A stretch of DNA of 64,000 bases from Lama glama (Eukaryota), in contig CM052817.1 of NCBI GenBank assembly GCA_028534125.1, positions 104,162,001-104,226,000 of the forward strand. Reading direction: 5' to 3'. Both the position numbers and the translations under genes were made by a program. The stretch's first letter is position 1. Each line of letters opens with the position of its first letter. The notes under the pieces are model-generated. The model saw only the letters and a program-made list of their open reading frames with translations, did no database searches and was not told where the DNA came from. Of the stretch, positions 27,081 to 39,709 are shown one piece after another.

Positions 27081-28559
27081 GGTCTCAGAGCAACTGAGAA
27101 GGAAGCCTTCCCACTACACTTTGAACTTTATGCTACTCCCTTCCTTAGCCTCTTGTATACCTGATTCTGTGATTTCCACTCTGTTCCTGGGTGTTTGTAA
27201 CAACTTTTTTGAGTGTTTAGAATGTGTCATGATCTATGTGATTCATACATATTATATAATCTGAACCATGTGCTTTTTCATTCTTTATGTACTGGCCTCA
27301 AATGAAATTATTAAATGTTTTCCTAGTGTTCATCTCGTATAGATGACACATAGCAGGCAATGGTTGTCTTTGTGTTAAGGTAATAAGGAATAATAATAAT
27401 TATTAGTCTTTTCTTTAAGAAAAGTAGGTTACTCAACAGTATGACTGCAGATGCATTGAACTTTCTGTTCTTAAATGGAAATTTATTGTGATAATTCAAA
27501 TATGAACTAACTGGTCATCACTCTTTCATGTCTTGTTCATTTGCTAACTGTAGCTACTTTTAGAAAAATGATCCTTGGACAATTATAGGTGCTATAACAA
27601 CAAATGAAAAATCGCCAGTGAATTTTAAAATTCTAAACAGAGATTTATGTTTTTATTGTTTTATTATATTGATGCTGTTCTATATAAGAGTAAAGATTTT
27701 CTTAAGTAGTTATTATTCTATGAAGGAATTATATCAAATTTTAAATTATGTAAAATGGTCATAATAGAATCATCGTTCAGATTGCACTTTTTTTCCAGAC
27801 CGATTACAGGTATTTGTTCATTGTGTGGTCAGGGAATAAGTACTTCTTAATATTCTACTCAAGTGTTCTTTCTTCCTCAGTGGGCTCCACAGGGACTATA
27901 GATAATTATGAAATTCTATGCAACTCAGTAATTGTATCAGTAAATATGCAACCCAAATAATCCAATTTATTTTGTTTAGTAATTTAGATAAAGTTGTTGA
28001 GTTTCTTTCTCTCTTGTGTGTATGCGGAGCTCTTAGGGGAGTAAATTAAGTTTGGTTTCTAAAATATAACAACTACTTATGATTGTCTGGCATCCAGGGC
28101 AACTACCATCTGTGAAACTTTTCAGGAAATCGTGTCTTGCCAGACATGTATCTTTTCAGTTCAATGATTCATAATCTGGCATAAAAAATAGTTTAGAACC
28201 TCTATGTTTCAATTACTTTTTCCACCTTTTTAAAGTGAATTTTCTAGATTTTTGACCCGTTAGTACTTTATTGACTCCACATTCTTGGGGAAATGGCCGA
28301 ACAGTTAAGGAGCTTGTAATGGATATATCCATTTTGCCTACTATACCAGGAAAGCAAGACGTTCTTATAGAGTGCCTTGAGCTGGAGGTCATTGTTCCTA
28401 AAGCTTTAAGAACCTTCACTGACTGGCTTTGTGGTGTGGACCTCAAGGATGGAATGATCAGGGCGCCATGTTGAATCTGACTGGAGCCCCCATGATCAAT
28501 ATCGTGTTTGTTTTGCATCCCGTCAATCAGTGCTCTCTATTAACACATCGTGTTAAAGG

Positions 28560-28790
28560 TATTTGAGGTCAGGAAGAGTTGTATTTAATCTTAAGTCTGC
28601 ATGGACCATATGTAGGAACGTGGGCAGGTCATACACCTCCTAGAACCTCCCTTCTCTTCTCTGTTAAGTGGAGGCAATCATTCTTCCTAGAAAGCTTGAG
28701 GTGAGAGCCAAACTAGGTGATGTATATAGTATAGTACATATGTGTACATTAATGGGCAGATTGTAGATGGCTCAACAAATAGTAATTACT
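28560..28790 (+). mobile_element. MIR SINE (diverged)
   Basis: tgggcaggtcatacacctcctagaacctcccttctcttctctgttaagtggagg core. Confidence 0.6.
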
Positions 28791-30961
28791 ATTTTCATCA
28801 TTCATTCATCATTAATTACTATTTTCTGCAATGTAATAACTCAGATTTATAATATTCCAACCCTCTAATCTTGAAAAGTTATATTGTATAAAAACTACAA
28901 TTTGGGTCAAGGTGTATGATATTTTTTAACAATCTTAAAGAGTGCTATTCAATTTAGCATACATATTTATATATAATCAGCAAGTAGAATTAATTCCCTT
29001 TATGTATAAAATATTAGATTTTACTGTGTGTTTGAATACTTCTTTCTTAGGTAGAGTTTGAAGAAACACACATCATTTAAAAAGAATACTATCTAATCTT
29101 CACTATTCTTTTGAACATAAGTACACCTTCTGTGGTTTAAACACTTATTGAACTTTGTCATATGAGTGGTTAACCCTTACTTAGTGCTTCCTCCATGATA
29201 GACCATGTGCCAAGAAGTTGACACACCTTATTTATTTGTGTTACAATAGAACTCATGTTAATAATTAATGCTATTTAACTGAAAAATGAAAACAAAAGAA
29301 CTTTTCTGCCATAGAATATTGAAAACTTGAGATGATTATTAATGCTGTTAAAAATAGAGTATTTGAATGATTATTATAGAGCTCTTATTTGTCAGATTTT
29401 GGAGAACTAATCGTGAATGTAGACAGCATCCTACAAAAATGGTACAATATACATCAGAATATACATCTGATAAAGCTTTTGATTTATTCATCTTAAAAAG
29501 TAGTTACATTAGTACTCTGAAATATTTAATACCTCGTTTTCAAATATTTTATAGTTCATATATTTTACAACTTACAGTCTTTTAACTGATTTCTCTCTAT
29601 GTGTATGCAGAGCTCTTAAGGGAGTAAATTAAGTTTGTTTTCCAAAATGAAACTACTTTTTAATTGAATGTCTTTTCTTTATGAATTTTTATAGTAATAT
29701 CTTTAAAAAATCCTTCATATTTCTCAGTTAACTGTATTAGGAATCTATTCTATTATTTATGCCTCCTTTTAGACCTTTTACATATAGAATCCGTGTGTAT
29801 GTGTGTTTTAGCCACATTAAAATTTGTAGATAAGGAATGTATCATTGGCAAGCAAGGTGGTCAATAACTAGACTGGTAAATTCTTTACATTGTTGCCACC
29901 AGCTGATGATTTAAATCTTCTGTGAGAAGACCTAACACCTCTTCTCTGTGCTTTCTCCTCTATTTATTCTTCTCATTTTTTATAGCAAGTCATCAACAGC
30001 CACAGACGCTCTTTCTACTTACATTGAACTCCCCTCTCTTAAAATATATGGCTTCATAATGTTACTATCTTTATACAAGGAGCAATCTTAGGTACAAAGG
30101 ATAAACACAAAATCTAATATCACTGAATCCTCAAGTTAAAAGTTACTTCAGAAGTTACTGGATCCAGCCTTTAAAGAGAATTTTTAATTTATTCCTTAAT
30201 CGTCCCAGGAAGTGGTTGAACAATAAATTTGTTCCTAAACTATAGAAAAAGAAAGTAGCCTGGCTGTCCTGTCTCCTTCTTGCACTGACTCAGGTAGACC
30301 TTTAACTGCTAGACTATATTCAAGGCCAGGAATGCACGTTCCATTATTTCAGAATACATACAGCTGGAGACTTGAGTTCAGCCGTTTACCATCCCTCCCA
30401 TGCTTTTTTCTAGCCTCTTCCAGCCCCTAACCACACACAAGGCAGCAAACACAATGCAGACGCTGGTGTGTACTCTTCATCCGCAGGCTACTTTGTAAAC
30501 TGCTTTTTTCCGCCCGTGGCTCTTGCTGCATCATCCTTGGCCTCCTCTTTCTATCCTGAGCTGCTTCCCTAGGACTTGATGCCACTGTCACCATCTGACT
30601 GACGTTTCAACTCTTGCTGATGGTCACCCTCGTTTCCTAAAAAGATATGCCATCTTAGGGCTCAGTAAACTCTGCTCTTCTGCTAATACTCCATCCCCAG
30701 GACCCTCTGCTTTTGCCTGGCCCTCTGTCAGCCTCACACTTCAAGCGTCATGTCCCATGGGCTCCCCTATTCGTGCCTCTCATGTGGACTGTTCTCCTGT
30801 TGAATACACCTGCCTGATATGGAAACCTAGACCCTCCACCTCGGAATATCATTTCCATTGTCCCAGCTATCCAAGTCTTTCTTGATGCTCAGTTTTCACT
30901 AAATTGCTTTCTAATTTTTTACACTTGTTATGTGCCTCTCACCAAAAAGCGTTTCTAATTT

Positions 30962-31514
30962 TGTTAGGTGGTTAGGTAAGTGGGGGCACTGGGCAGACAG
31001 GTGGAGGGAGAGGGAGGAGGATCCGGAAGATGGTGTTATGCCCACCTCCAGCATAAAGGGGCTTTAATTCTTCTAAATGAGTGCCAGCCAGAAACCGGTT
31101 AGAACCTGACAGCCACAACTGTGTGGTAGCCGAAGGGACCTACCCGGACATGACCTAGTGCTCATTGTAATATAAGTAGCACTGCAGTTCAGGCCACCGC
31201 ACGGGTTTTCCTGTGTGCATCACGGGTAAGGACATGCATAAAAGGGGACGAGCATGACGGAGCGCTCCAGGGGCAAGAGCTGTCAGTCAATCAAAAGACC
31301 ACCTCTAAGCGAGGGTGTGAGAGAAGGGGGCAAACAAAGACCACTGCTACCCGCCCTGGGATCAGCCCGCCTCCCGTTCTTGGAGGGGTGCTTTCCCTTT
31401 ACCAATCAATCCTTTAAAATCTTTCACCACACAACGCTTCATCTCCCATCTGAATTCTTCTCTTTTGGGTATGACAAGAACTGGGGTCTTTCCCCTTTCC
31501 CTTTTAGGGTAACA
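30962..31514 (+). mobile_element. ERV1-class solo LTR, 553 bp
   Basis: TGTTA...TAACA inverted termini, perfect 4-bp TSD ATTT (30958-30961 / 31515-31518), U5-like tgaattcttc...gacaagaac, many CpGs retained. Confidence 0.9.
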
Positions 31515-32228
31515 ATTTGAAGGAAAAAAGCCACTAGATTTGATGAGGAGTACAGTCTATTATATGGAATTAAAAACAAGGATGCTGTTAGTTAGCATTT
31601 GAAAGGTAGAAACATACATTTATCCTGTCGAACATTCTTTTCCTCCTTCCTAGAAGGAGATCAGACCTAGCTCAGCTGTCTCAATATGGAGTAGGTAATG
31701 TTTAGCCAAAATTGTGTTAATTTATCAAAAAACTTACATAAGCAACCACTAGGGAGTTAAGATTTCAGTTGTTCCTTGTTATCCATTAGGGATATTATTT
31801 TTTATAATGGCAAATTAAAATGTCAATATAATATTTTCATTTATACCAGAAAACAGTTTAGAGCGTAACATTTTAAAAATGACAGTATTATAGGCAAAGA
31901 GAGTATTTCGTGCATTTAGTACAGTTTCTCTCCTCTGGGACTATGGTATTAGCTACCTCACAGTGAATGAGTAGCTCATTTCTCATTTCATTTACTTATT
32001 TCCAAAAAGTCTGCAAGGAATACACATGCTGGTCTGAAAAACAGGAATAAGCAACTTTGTTCTCAAAAAGGATCGAGAGAGAGTTTTGTGTACTCAGCAG
32101 CGTCTTAAAACACATTTTTCACCTGGGGGCTCAGCCCAGTTATTTTTAGCAGCTCAGTAAAAGCGCATCAGTTACTGGCTATTAGAACAGGGTTAATCGT
32201 AAACATGACTCAGAGGTCCTGTCGCAGG

Positions 32229-32647
32229 AGTCCGTTAGTTTCCTGGGGCTGCAATAACCAAGTACCAAAAACTGAATGGCTTAGACAATAAACGTTTATT
32301 GTCTCACAGATCTGGAAGCTGCGAGTCAAAGATCGAGGTGTCAGCCACGCCCTGCCCCCCCCCGCCCCTCCCCGGAAGAGCACCGTGACAGACGCAGGCT
32401 TTTGGTGGCTCCCAGGCTTGCAGTACATAGCTCCGAACTCCACACGGCATCTCCCTACGTGCATGTGCATCTCTGGGCCAAAGTTTCCCTTTTTTGAGGA
32501 CATCCGTTGTGCTGGATTAGGGCCCACACTCATTTTCAATTGATTACATCTGGAAAGACCCTTTCTCCAAATAAAACCATATTCTGAGGTACTGAGGGCT
32601 ACGACTCCCACATATAGTTTGAAGGAGCCATAATTCAATCCATAACA
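32229..32647 (-). mobile_element. MaLR solo LTR (MLT1B/C/D-like)
   Basis: ttagtttcctggggctgcaataaccaagtacc...ggattagggcccac...attctgaggtactgaggg...aattcaatccataaca. Confidence 0.88.
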
Positions 32648-35599
32648 CAGAGTAGAATAGCTCATTGAAAAGAAGTTTTTATTAAATTCTAATGGTATTC
32701 CATGTCTTATTTCTAAAAGCCTGCAAGGAATATGCCTGCTGATTTAAAAAAAAAGTAGAATAAGTCATTGTATTCTCAAGAAGATCAAGAGAGAGTTTTG
32801 CACACTCAATGCTCCTATAAAATACTGTTCAATGGGAGTTAAACCCTGTTATTTCTTAGATTCTGTTATTTTGAATAGAAAACCAAATCCATTAGGTGAA
32901 AAAGCTGGGAAATTAGTGGTAACTTGTTATTGGAGGTAGCATATTTTCTGCCTTTCAGGCAATTTTAAAAAACTTTTAGTGAAATGAACTTGCCAAAGTG
33001 GAGATACAGGTAATTCATCAATATACCATAAAATATATTTCTCTCAGAACAGCTAACAATGAAAAAAATAAATGCATTATGTACCTAAATGTATTTATGA
33101 TGTAGCTTGTTTTTACTTAAAGCACATCTAAGCTTTGCACTCAGCAGTTTGGACTAGATCGCGGTGAAGGGACAGGGGTCTCTGTGACTCAGAAAACTGT
33201 TCTACATTAACTCTGCCACCAAACTATTCTTCAAACATGTCAGAACATTTAGTCTACTACTGGGACTTGATCTGGTCATCTATAAAATGGGAGGGTGCTT
33301 TCTTTTTGCTTGTTTGTTTCCTATTTATAATGATTATTTTGCTAAGGTTGTATATTTAAAATATATATTCCGACAGATGTGTATAACTTTATTATATGTC
33401 TGTAGATAGGTTTATCTCTACATTTGTTATTCCCCTGCCCAAAAGTCATGAAACCATTTTCTTTTATTTTAAATATTTCATGGTGCCTTCACCATCAGCC
33501 TCTTTATCTTCACGAGAGCATGTGTTGTAATACACTTTTCTGAAGTAAATTATCTTCCTTTCATGTTGTTGAGATATAATTTTTTTGTCTTGCGTTTTTG
33601 TGCGTGTACTTGTGAGTGTGTGTTGTCTTAATTAGGGATGTCGGGGCCAGTTCTCCTTTGCATTACAACCATACTAGAAGGGCTTAATTAAATTTGCTCG
33701 TAAATTTTCTGATGCATTAGGTCAGAGTTTTGACATGAACGAGGAGAAACTACTGTTTCTTTCCGTAAGTCATGGAACGTCTGAGTGAGGGGAGCCTTCC
33801 TGCTGGGCTCCGAGGAGGCTGGGGTTCCTGAGATCCTGGCGATGCTGACAGTGAGGTTTCAGAACATGGGCGGAGGGGGATCACTGCTCCGTGGGAAAAT
33901 GAGCCCCTACCCCATTCCTCCAAGACCTGGGAGCGGGCAGATTCTGAAGCAACGAGTCACTTGAAGACCTACCATGACTCTAACTTCCCCATAGACGTCA
34001 ATCCATCCTTTGGGATGATTGCTTCCCACTTTCTGAAGATACGTGAAAAAAGTAGATATTTGCCCTAATAGATTTTTTTTTTCTGATTTTTGCCTTGTTC
34101 AACCAGATATACTAATGTTTTGAAAGTTATTAAGAACATCAGCAAAGATTAACTTGTAGATTTATATCCTTGGAGAGCAAGACTATTTAACTTTACTTGC
34201 CAAAATAAATCTTGGTTTTTAAACAAAAATTTTAATTCCATTTGTCTGGCCGAGAATGGAAAACAGAACATTAAAAACTCGCTTTTATTTAATCCTAAAC
34301 TATGTCCACAAAGCTAAGTAAATATTAATATATATGTTCCTTAGAATTTTGATTATTTCTGACATGTCATTTTTTTGCTAATTGCACAAAAGGATCTTTT
34401 TGTCTTTCCCTCAGCAAATTAGAAAGAGCAAACATTAGTCCTATGAAATTAATAACGAGATTCTGTTCCTGAAGCTGCTCCTTTGTCATGAGCACATATA
34501 AAAATACAAATTAGTACAACTGACTGTTTCAGTGCCTGCAGTAATTATCACACGTTTTATGTGACCGTGTGGATTGCTGTTGGTTCTCCAAAAGACTGAA
34601 ATAAATTCCTTGGCTTCACTGTAATCTGCTTCAGCCTCAGAAAATAGATGTGTCCAAAATTAGGACCAAAACTTTCCAGAGAATAAAATCAAGGACCCTG
34701 AGGGTTCATCCGAGCCATCATCCTGTCTTCAGTGCTGTAAGCTGATCATCCAGTTGCTTCTGTAAGGTCTTCAGGGACAGAATGTCAACAACCAACGGAT
34801 GTTTTTCTAATTACAAAAGACACTTGCATCTACCAAGTATAATCACAAGTGAATTCGAACCATCAGACGAAACACAGAAAAACACCATTTTAGGAATGCT
34901 TCATTATGCTGCATACTTTTTATAAACCCAGAATGAGAAATTTTAATTATTTTTCTGCTCTGTTTTTTTCCTCTCATTATTCCTGTTGACCTTATTTTGC
35001 TAGTTTGAATTTTCCCCTAACTCGAGATAATTCTACATAAGCATATGGTCCAGCATTTCCCACAGTAAACACAGCTTTTCAGCCCAAGGTTCTTTGTCGT
35101 CCTCTTTCACCAGTGATCGCTAAGTCTTTGTGCAGTGCTGTCTTGCTCATCCATTTTTCCTGATGACCTGTGACAGCAGCCATCTAGTGCCTTGTGCAAC
35201 GGGTTCCTTGCAAACCTATCCGATGCAGGTTTACTCCTGTTCAATAGGGATGTGTTATGAAGTATCCTTTCCCCATCTCAGAACGCCTTGTTTCCATTTC
35301 CAGAACTCACTTGAAGTTCTTACCTTTGTTACTTTCACACCCTGTCAATGCATTTGTCACTTTGATACCACTTTACATAGACTTTCCTTTCCTCCAAGGC
35401 CTTTGGCCCTGTATCTTCTCTTTCCCCTCCCAGGTTTCAGTCAGTGTCACATTCAAATGGCCACCCACGGCCTGAACCACTTGAACACCTTAAACAAATT
35501 TTCTGTGGTTTAGTAAAGAGTGTCCTGAACTCACACGTGCCAATTTCACACTCATCTCTATGCCTTGAAGTGACTCAGTCATCATCTTATGTCCACTAA

Positions 35600-35910
35600 G
35601 CCCCACCCCAACCCCAATTCTTCCTTAAAATGAACTGTTTAGACCTACAATGATTCCCTGGTGCTCAAACTTTCTTTGACCCTTACCTTCAGTGTCCTAT
35701 ATTATGTTTCAAATGCTGATTGCTTTGTACCATGTATTTTTCAAATTGACTTCCCTGTGGAAGTCCTGCCTCCCTAATGACACAGCAAACTCCTTGACAA
35801 CTGAGATTGTCCCACATAATTTTATTCATTACCTCCTGTCCCTTAATTCCCAGCCTGGTTCAGAAAACACAGAAGACACTCAAAGATAAATGTTTATTGA
35901 ATTGAATGAT
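35600..35910 (+). mobile_element. L2 3' end fragment
   Basis: cccagcctggttcagaaaacacagaagacactcaaagataaatgtttattgaattgaatga terminus. Confidence 0.55.
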
Positions 35911-37669
35911 CAGTTTCTCCAGTGAAGGCATTAACGGGTGTTTTTTTTTGTTCCTTATCTTTTTCTCATACTGTGTTTCTTTCCTCGCTCCATTATGATC
36001 AAAATTAATAAACCCTTTAGAGCCAATTTTGGTTCTTAAAGCTGGCAAAAACTGAGGTAGGCTTTAGAACAGAGGATCAAATGTGCATTTCATTTTATTT
36101 TCCTTTTAAACTAGAGACAACTGAGGGCTGAGAGCAAGAAGCCCCCAATCAGAATTTCTCCAGAAAGGCTGAGATCCTAGTGCTACCACTGCAAATCCCA
36201 AAGTGATGAGCCGGAGTCAGGAATTCAGGTCCTGCTCACAGAGCCAGGGCTTGGAAGCCAAAGATGGACACAACAAATGTCATCTATCCATGGGTGTGGA
36301 ATGGTATTCGGGTGGAGAGCGACTATTCCGGGATGGTTTCAACAGTACCTACAGTCAATAGTATCAACAAAACTCGAGTATGGAAATCCGGATCACGTCT
36401 TGCGATCATATATGTAGAGACAAGTTAGCTGAGTAATTCCAGAATTCAGGGGTCTTCTCTGACACCCAGGCCAGTGCCTGGTGGCGCTCAGCTGTTGAGT
36501 GCATTGCTTTTGTTTATTCCATTGGGTTTAATTACCGCACAAGATGGGCTGTCCTCCCACAGGAGAAGTGCATTCCCTTACATTCTTCTGAGCTTTGGAT
36601 TGTTTCTCAGGGAGTCATTCCAGCGAGACTTCCTGCTTCTGACTCGCAGAGCATTTTGGAAGCTGCCTGAGGAAAAGGTTAGATACACGTGTCCTTGACC
36701 TCAGCTGGTGAAGGTGCCGGTGTCCCCAGGTTGTACAGAAGTAGAACTCACAGGGTGTTCAAAGCATTTTTTTCCTGACACAATTTGCATATTTTGAAAG
36801 CTCACTTTGCGACAAGACCTAACATAGTCCTAGGTGAGTGTTTACTAAACAAATCGGAGCATCATATAGAAATGGCATGATTGGTGTGAAATACAAATGG
36901 CTATTCATATCTCTTGTTATTATGAAGCATTTAGTTGAAAAGACATAATAAACCTTGTTTATTATGTAAATAACAACTAAACTCTTTAGTGAGTAAAATG
37001 CTTGATGAAATTTTTTTTCCTGAAATTCAATTTACATTCTAAATTTTAAGATAAAAGAAAGCTAATTGAAATAACTCAACCACATAAATCAAATTAACTT
37101 GAAATTCAAATCTGATTTTTAAAAAAAAACCTCAGAGTAAACAAAGGATAACCGCTCACGCATAATGAGGTAAAGGATTAAGGCAGCCTTTCAGTTAATT
37201 CAAGCTAAACATCTCCTTTCCCGTAACTTCAATGAATATTTTAAGCAAAAGTCTTTAAGTCTAAATCATCTGGAAAGCTGCCTTAGCTTCTGATGGACGT
37301 TTTCACGGATGTAAACACAGACGATAACTACTTTTCTAAACGGATTCATAATTTGCATTTTAGTATTTGTCACGCACTATTAAGTTTACAGACTTGATTC
37401 CCAACCTTCCTTTAATTAAGACAATTGTTTTATATAGAAGGATCAACAGCTATTTTTAAAGTAGGGAAATGCCTGCCTCACAGTTACCGGTCACAGAGGT
37501 GATCCTTGAGCCACAGGAATGTTTAAGCGTTAACTGTTTGACTTGGGACATGGCATTTTGGGGAGAGTTTGGCTTTTAGTCCGTTCATGAAAGTGTCTGT
37601 ATTTCACAGATACACTTTGTAAACTCAGAGTGGTGATGAACGAATACCCAGGTTAGGACTAAGTAACTC

Positions 37670-37729
37670 TTTTTTTTTTTTTTTTTTTTTTTTGCTATTT
37701 TAAAACAAGAGATCTGTCGCGAGGTAAGT
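37670..37729 (+). other. Candidate small non-coding exon (12-14 nt) or 3' end of an upstream 5'-UTR exon
   Basis: T24 tract, TGC, AG at 37708-09 or 37710-11, then a perfect donor GAG|GTAAGT at 37723/37724. Confidence 0.35.
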
Positions 37730-37773
37730 TTTAATCAGCTTATTGTTCTAAGGTTATTTTTATTGCTCTCCCA

Positions 37774-37900
37774 CAGGGGTTCTCCAAGTTGGTTTCTGTT
37801 GGGATTATCTGTGATATTTTACAGAAATGTCTGCCCCACGCTTCCCCTGCTGAACCTGAATCCAGGGTGCAGGTATCCACGTGGGGTGAGATCCCCAGGG
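37774..37900. mobile_element. MER5-like hAT-Charlie fragment
   Basis: caggggttctccaagttgg...ctgctgaacctgaatccagggtgcagg. Confidence 0.4.
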
Positions 37901-39500
37901 GAGCCTGAGGGCTGGTGGAGGTGACAGCCGCCTGCCAGAGCCCAGAGGGGTGGCAGATTTAGGCTGGAAAGTTAGATTAAACTTGCAAATACATCAAAAT
38001 ATTCATTTCAGTAAATATTTAAAGTTTTTTTAAAAGTAATATGTGATTATTTGGGGCTTAATTGCCAATGAGAGTATTACCTTTTTCACTCTGTGTCCTG
38101 AGTTTAAACAAATCGGGACATCATATAGAAATGGCATGATTGGCATGAAATACAGAGCTAGTTAGAGACGAATTGTAGCCAGAAACTTTCTTTGAAACTC
38201 TCCTGGGTGGTTAGGGACGCCTTTGAACTCACAAGTAGTGCCTGAAGATGTGTAAAAACTACACATTTTCTGAATTCCTCTTCTCTGGGGTGGCAGTGAA
38301 GAAACATAGAGGACAGTGGGAGATATGATATATTCACACTGTCTGGAAACTATCAAGTGCATGGTTCTAAACTAAAGAAAATTCTAAAAAAATAATAAAA
38401 TAAAATAAATTTAGCAAAATAAAAGCAAAGAACATTCTGTCCTTTGAAAAACAAAATACCAAATACCCTAATGAAGAAGAAATGATCACAGGAGAAAAAA
38501 GGACTCTTTAAAGGTTAATCTATTTTGAGAATTCACTCTGTGGAGAGACTGGATATGATTTTTTTGTTTTTTTCGTCTTTTTGGTCTTTTTTGTTTTTTA
38601 AATTAAAGGGTAGAAATTTGGATTAACTATTTATTTTCTCCAGATTCTATAACTATGAAGAGGACAATAAGGCCTTTAGCAGGGTCTGCTTCCTTCCTGG
38701 AAAAGCACAGAGGGGAATACTCCTGGTTCTAACAGATGTGTTTTGGGGAGCACAGAAGTTGCAGAAAAGCAGAAATAGGTGATGTGGGGCTCCAGCCTCA
38801 GAATGATGCTGCCTTTGACCCTGCTGCTGCTGTCCTGCTGAGGAAGACACAGGCCACAGTCAGCTCTCTTTTACAACCAGCCAAAGAAAGACATTGCAGT
38901 TGCTCCCAGTTTCTCTCTCTCTCCCCCTGTCGCTAACCCCTCGTTCAATGCTCTTCAAGGCAGATCCTTTGACCTAAGCAGATTATTGCGGATGCATTAA
39001 GGACACAGCCAGCTAGCCTGCTTCTCAAGGAAGAGATTTGGCTCCAAATAGGCCACTAAGCTTTTCAGCCTTCTGCTTATTTACCTAGTCAGCAGGATGC
39101 AGTGTCTCTGGGTGCTTAGTGGCCTCCTGGGGAATTAGGGCGAGACAAAAGCAGAAGTGGCAGCCGCTGCAAATGTGGGAGTCTGTACCATTAAAGGAAG
39201 CAGTTGCTAATAAGGGCCTGTGAGACCTGGGTTTCCTTGGTTTCCATGACAGTTATTAGGTACCACAGAAATTGAATTGTCTCCCACAATGCTGTTAGGG
39301 GTGAAGGGGGTTCCTGTGACAAAGCAGGGCAGTTATGACTTGCAGTAAATCGTCCTTTAGAGATGCACTCCCCCCGGATGGTTGGCTCTTGCATTTTTTT
39401 TTAGCCTCCCTTTCAGTGTGTTTGACATGTTGGCCGGAGACCCTGGCTTTCGCCACACAGTGTCTCAAACACTCTTTTTCCCCCCCTTTTTTTTGTTTAG

Positions 39501-39610
39501 AACTGAGCTTGGCAAAGCAAGGATATGAACAATTGTGCAGGTGTGCTCCTCGGGGCGAGTGACGAGATAAGGCGCCCCGTCAGGGACGGGCCACCCGCAG
39601 CCCTGCCAAC
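39501..39610 (+). other. MARCHF1: 5' UTR part of the alternative MARCHF1 exon
   Basis: Strong acceptor: ~28-nt C/T tract then GTTTAG (AG 39499-39500); in-frame TGA at 39560-62 upstream of the ATG; local CpG enrichment. Confidence 0.6.
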
Positions 39611-39709
39611 ATGCCCCTCCACCAGATCTCCGTAATCCCCGCACGGGAAGCGGCCAGCAATGGGAGAAGTTCCATGGGCAGAAACAAAGAGAAGAACAAG
39701 GAAGGCGAG
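39611..39709 (+). CDS. MARCHF1: E3 ubiquitin-protein ligase MARCHF1 (MARCH1), alternative first coding exon, 33 codons
   Basis: gccaacATG start; MPLHQISVIPAREAASNGRSSMGRNKEKNKEGE; phase-0 donor GAG|GTAAGA. Near-identical to the rodent March1 isoform N-terminus as I recall it (MPLHQISVIPARETASNGRSSMGRNKEKNKEVE, then NEKSPG) and distinct from MARCHF8 (MSMPLHQISAIPSQDA). Confidence 0.9.

Noticed and set aside
27603..27617. aatgaaaaatcgcca reads NEKSP, like the start of the next MARCHF1 exon
   Set aside because: No AG acceptor, continues VNFK instead of GRSASRS, and lies upstream of the MPLHQ exon; coincidence.
28213..28518. 101-aa and 67-aa ORFs on opposite strands
   Set aside because: No family resemblance and no convincing splice signals.
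33770..33965. GC-rich patch considered for the MARCHF1 MLGWCEAIARN exon
   Set aside because: Translation does not match that peptide.
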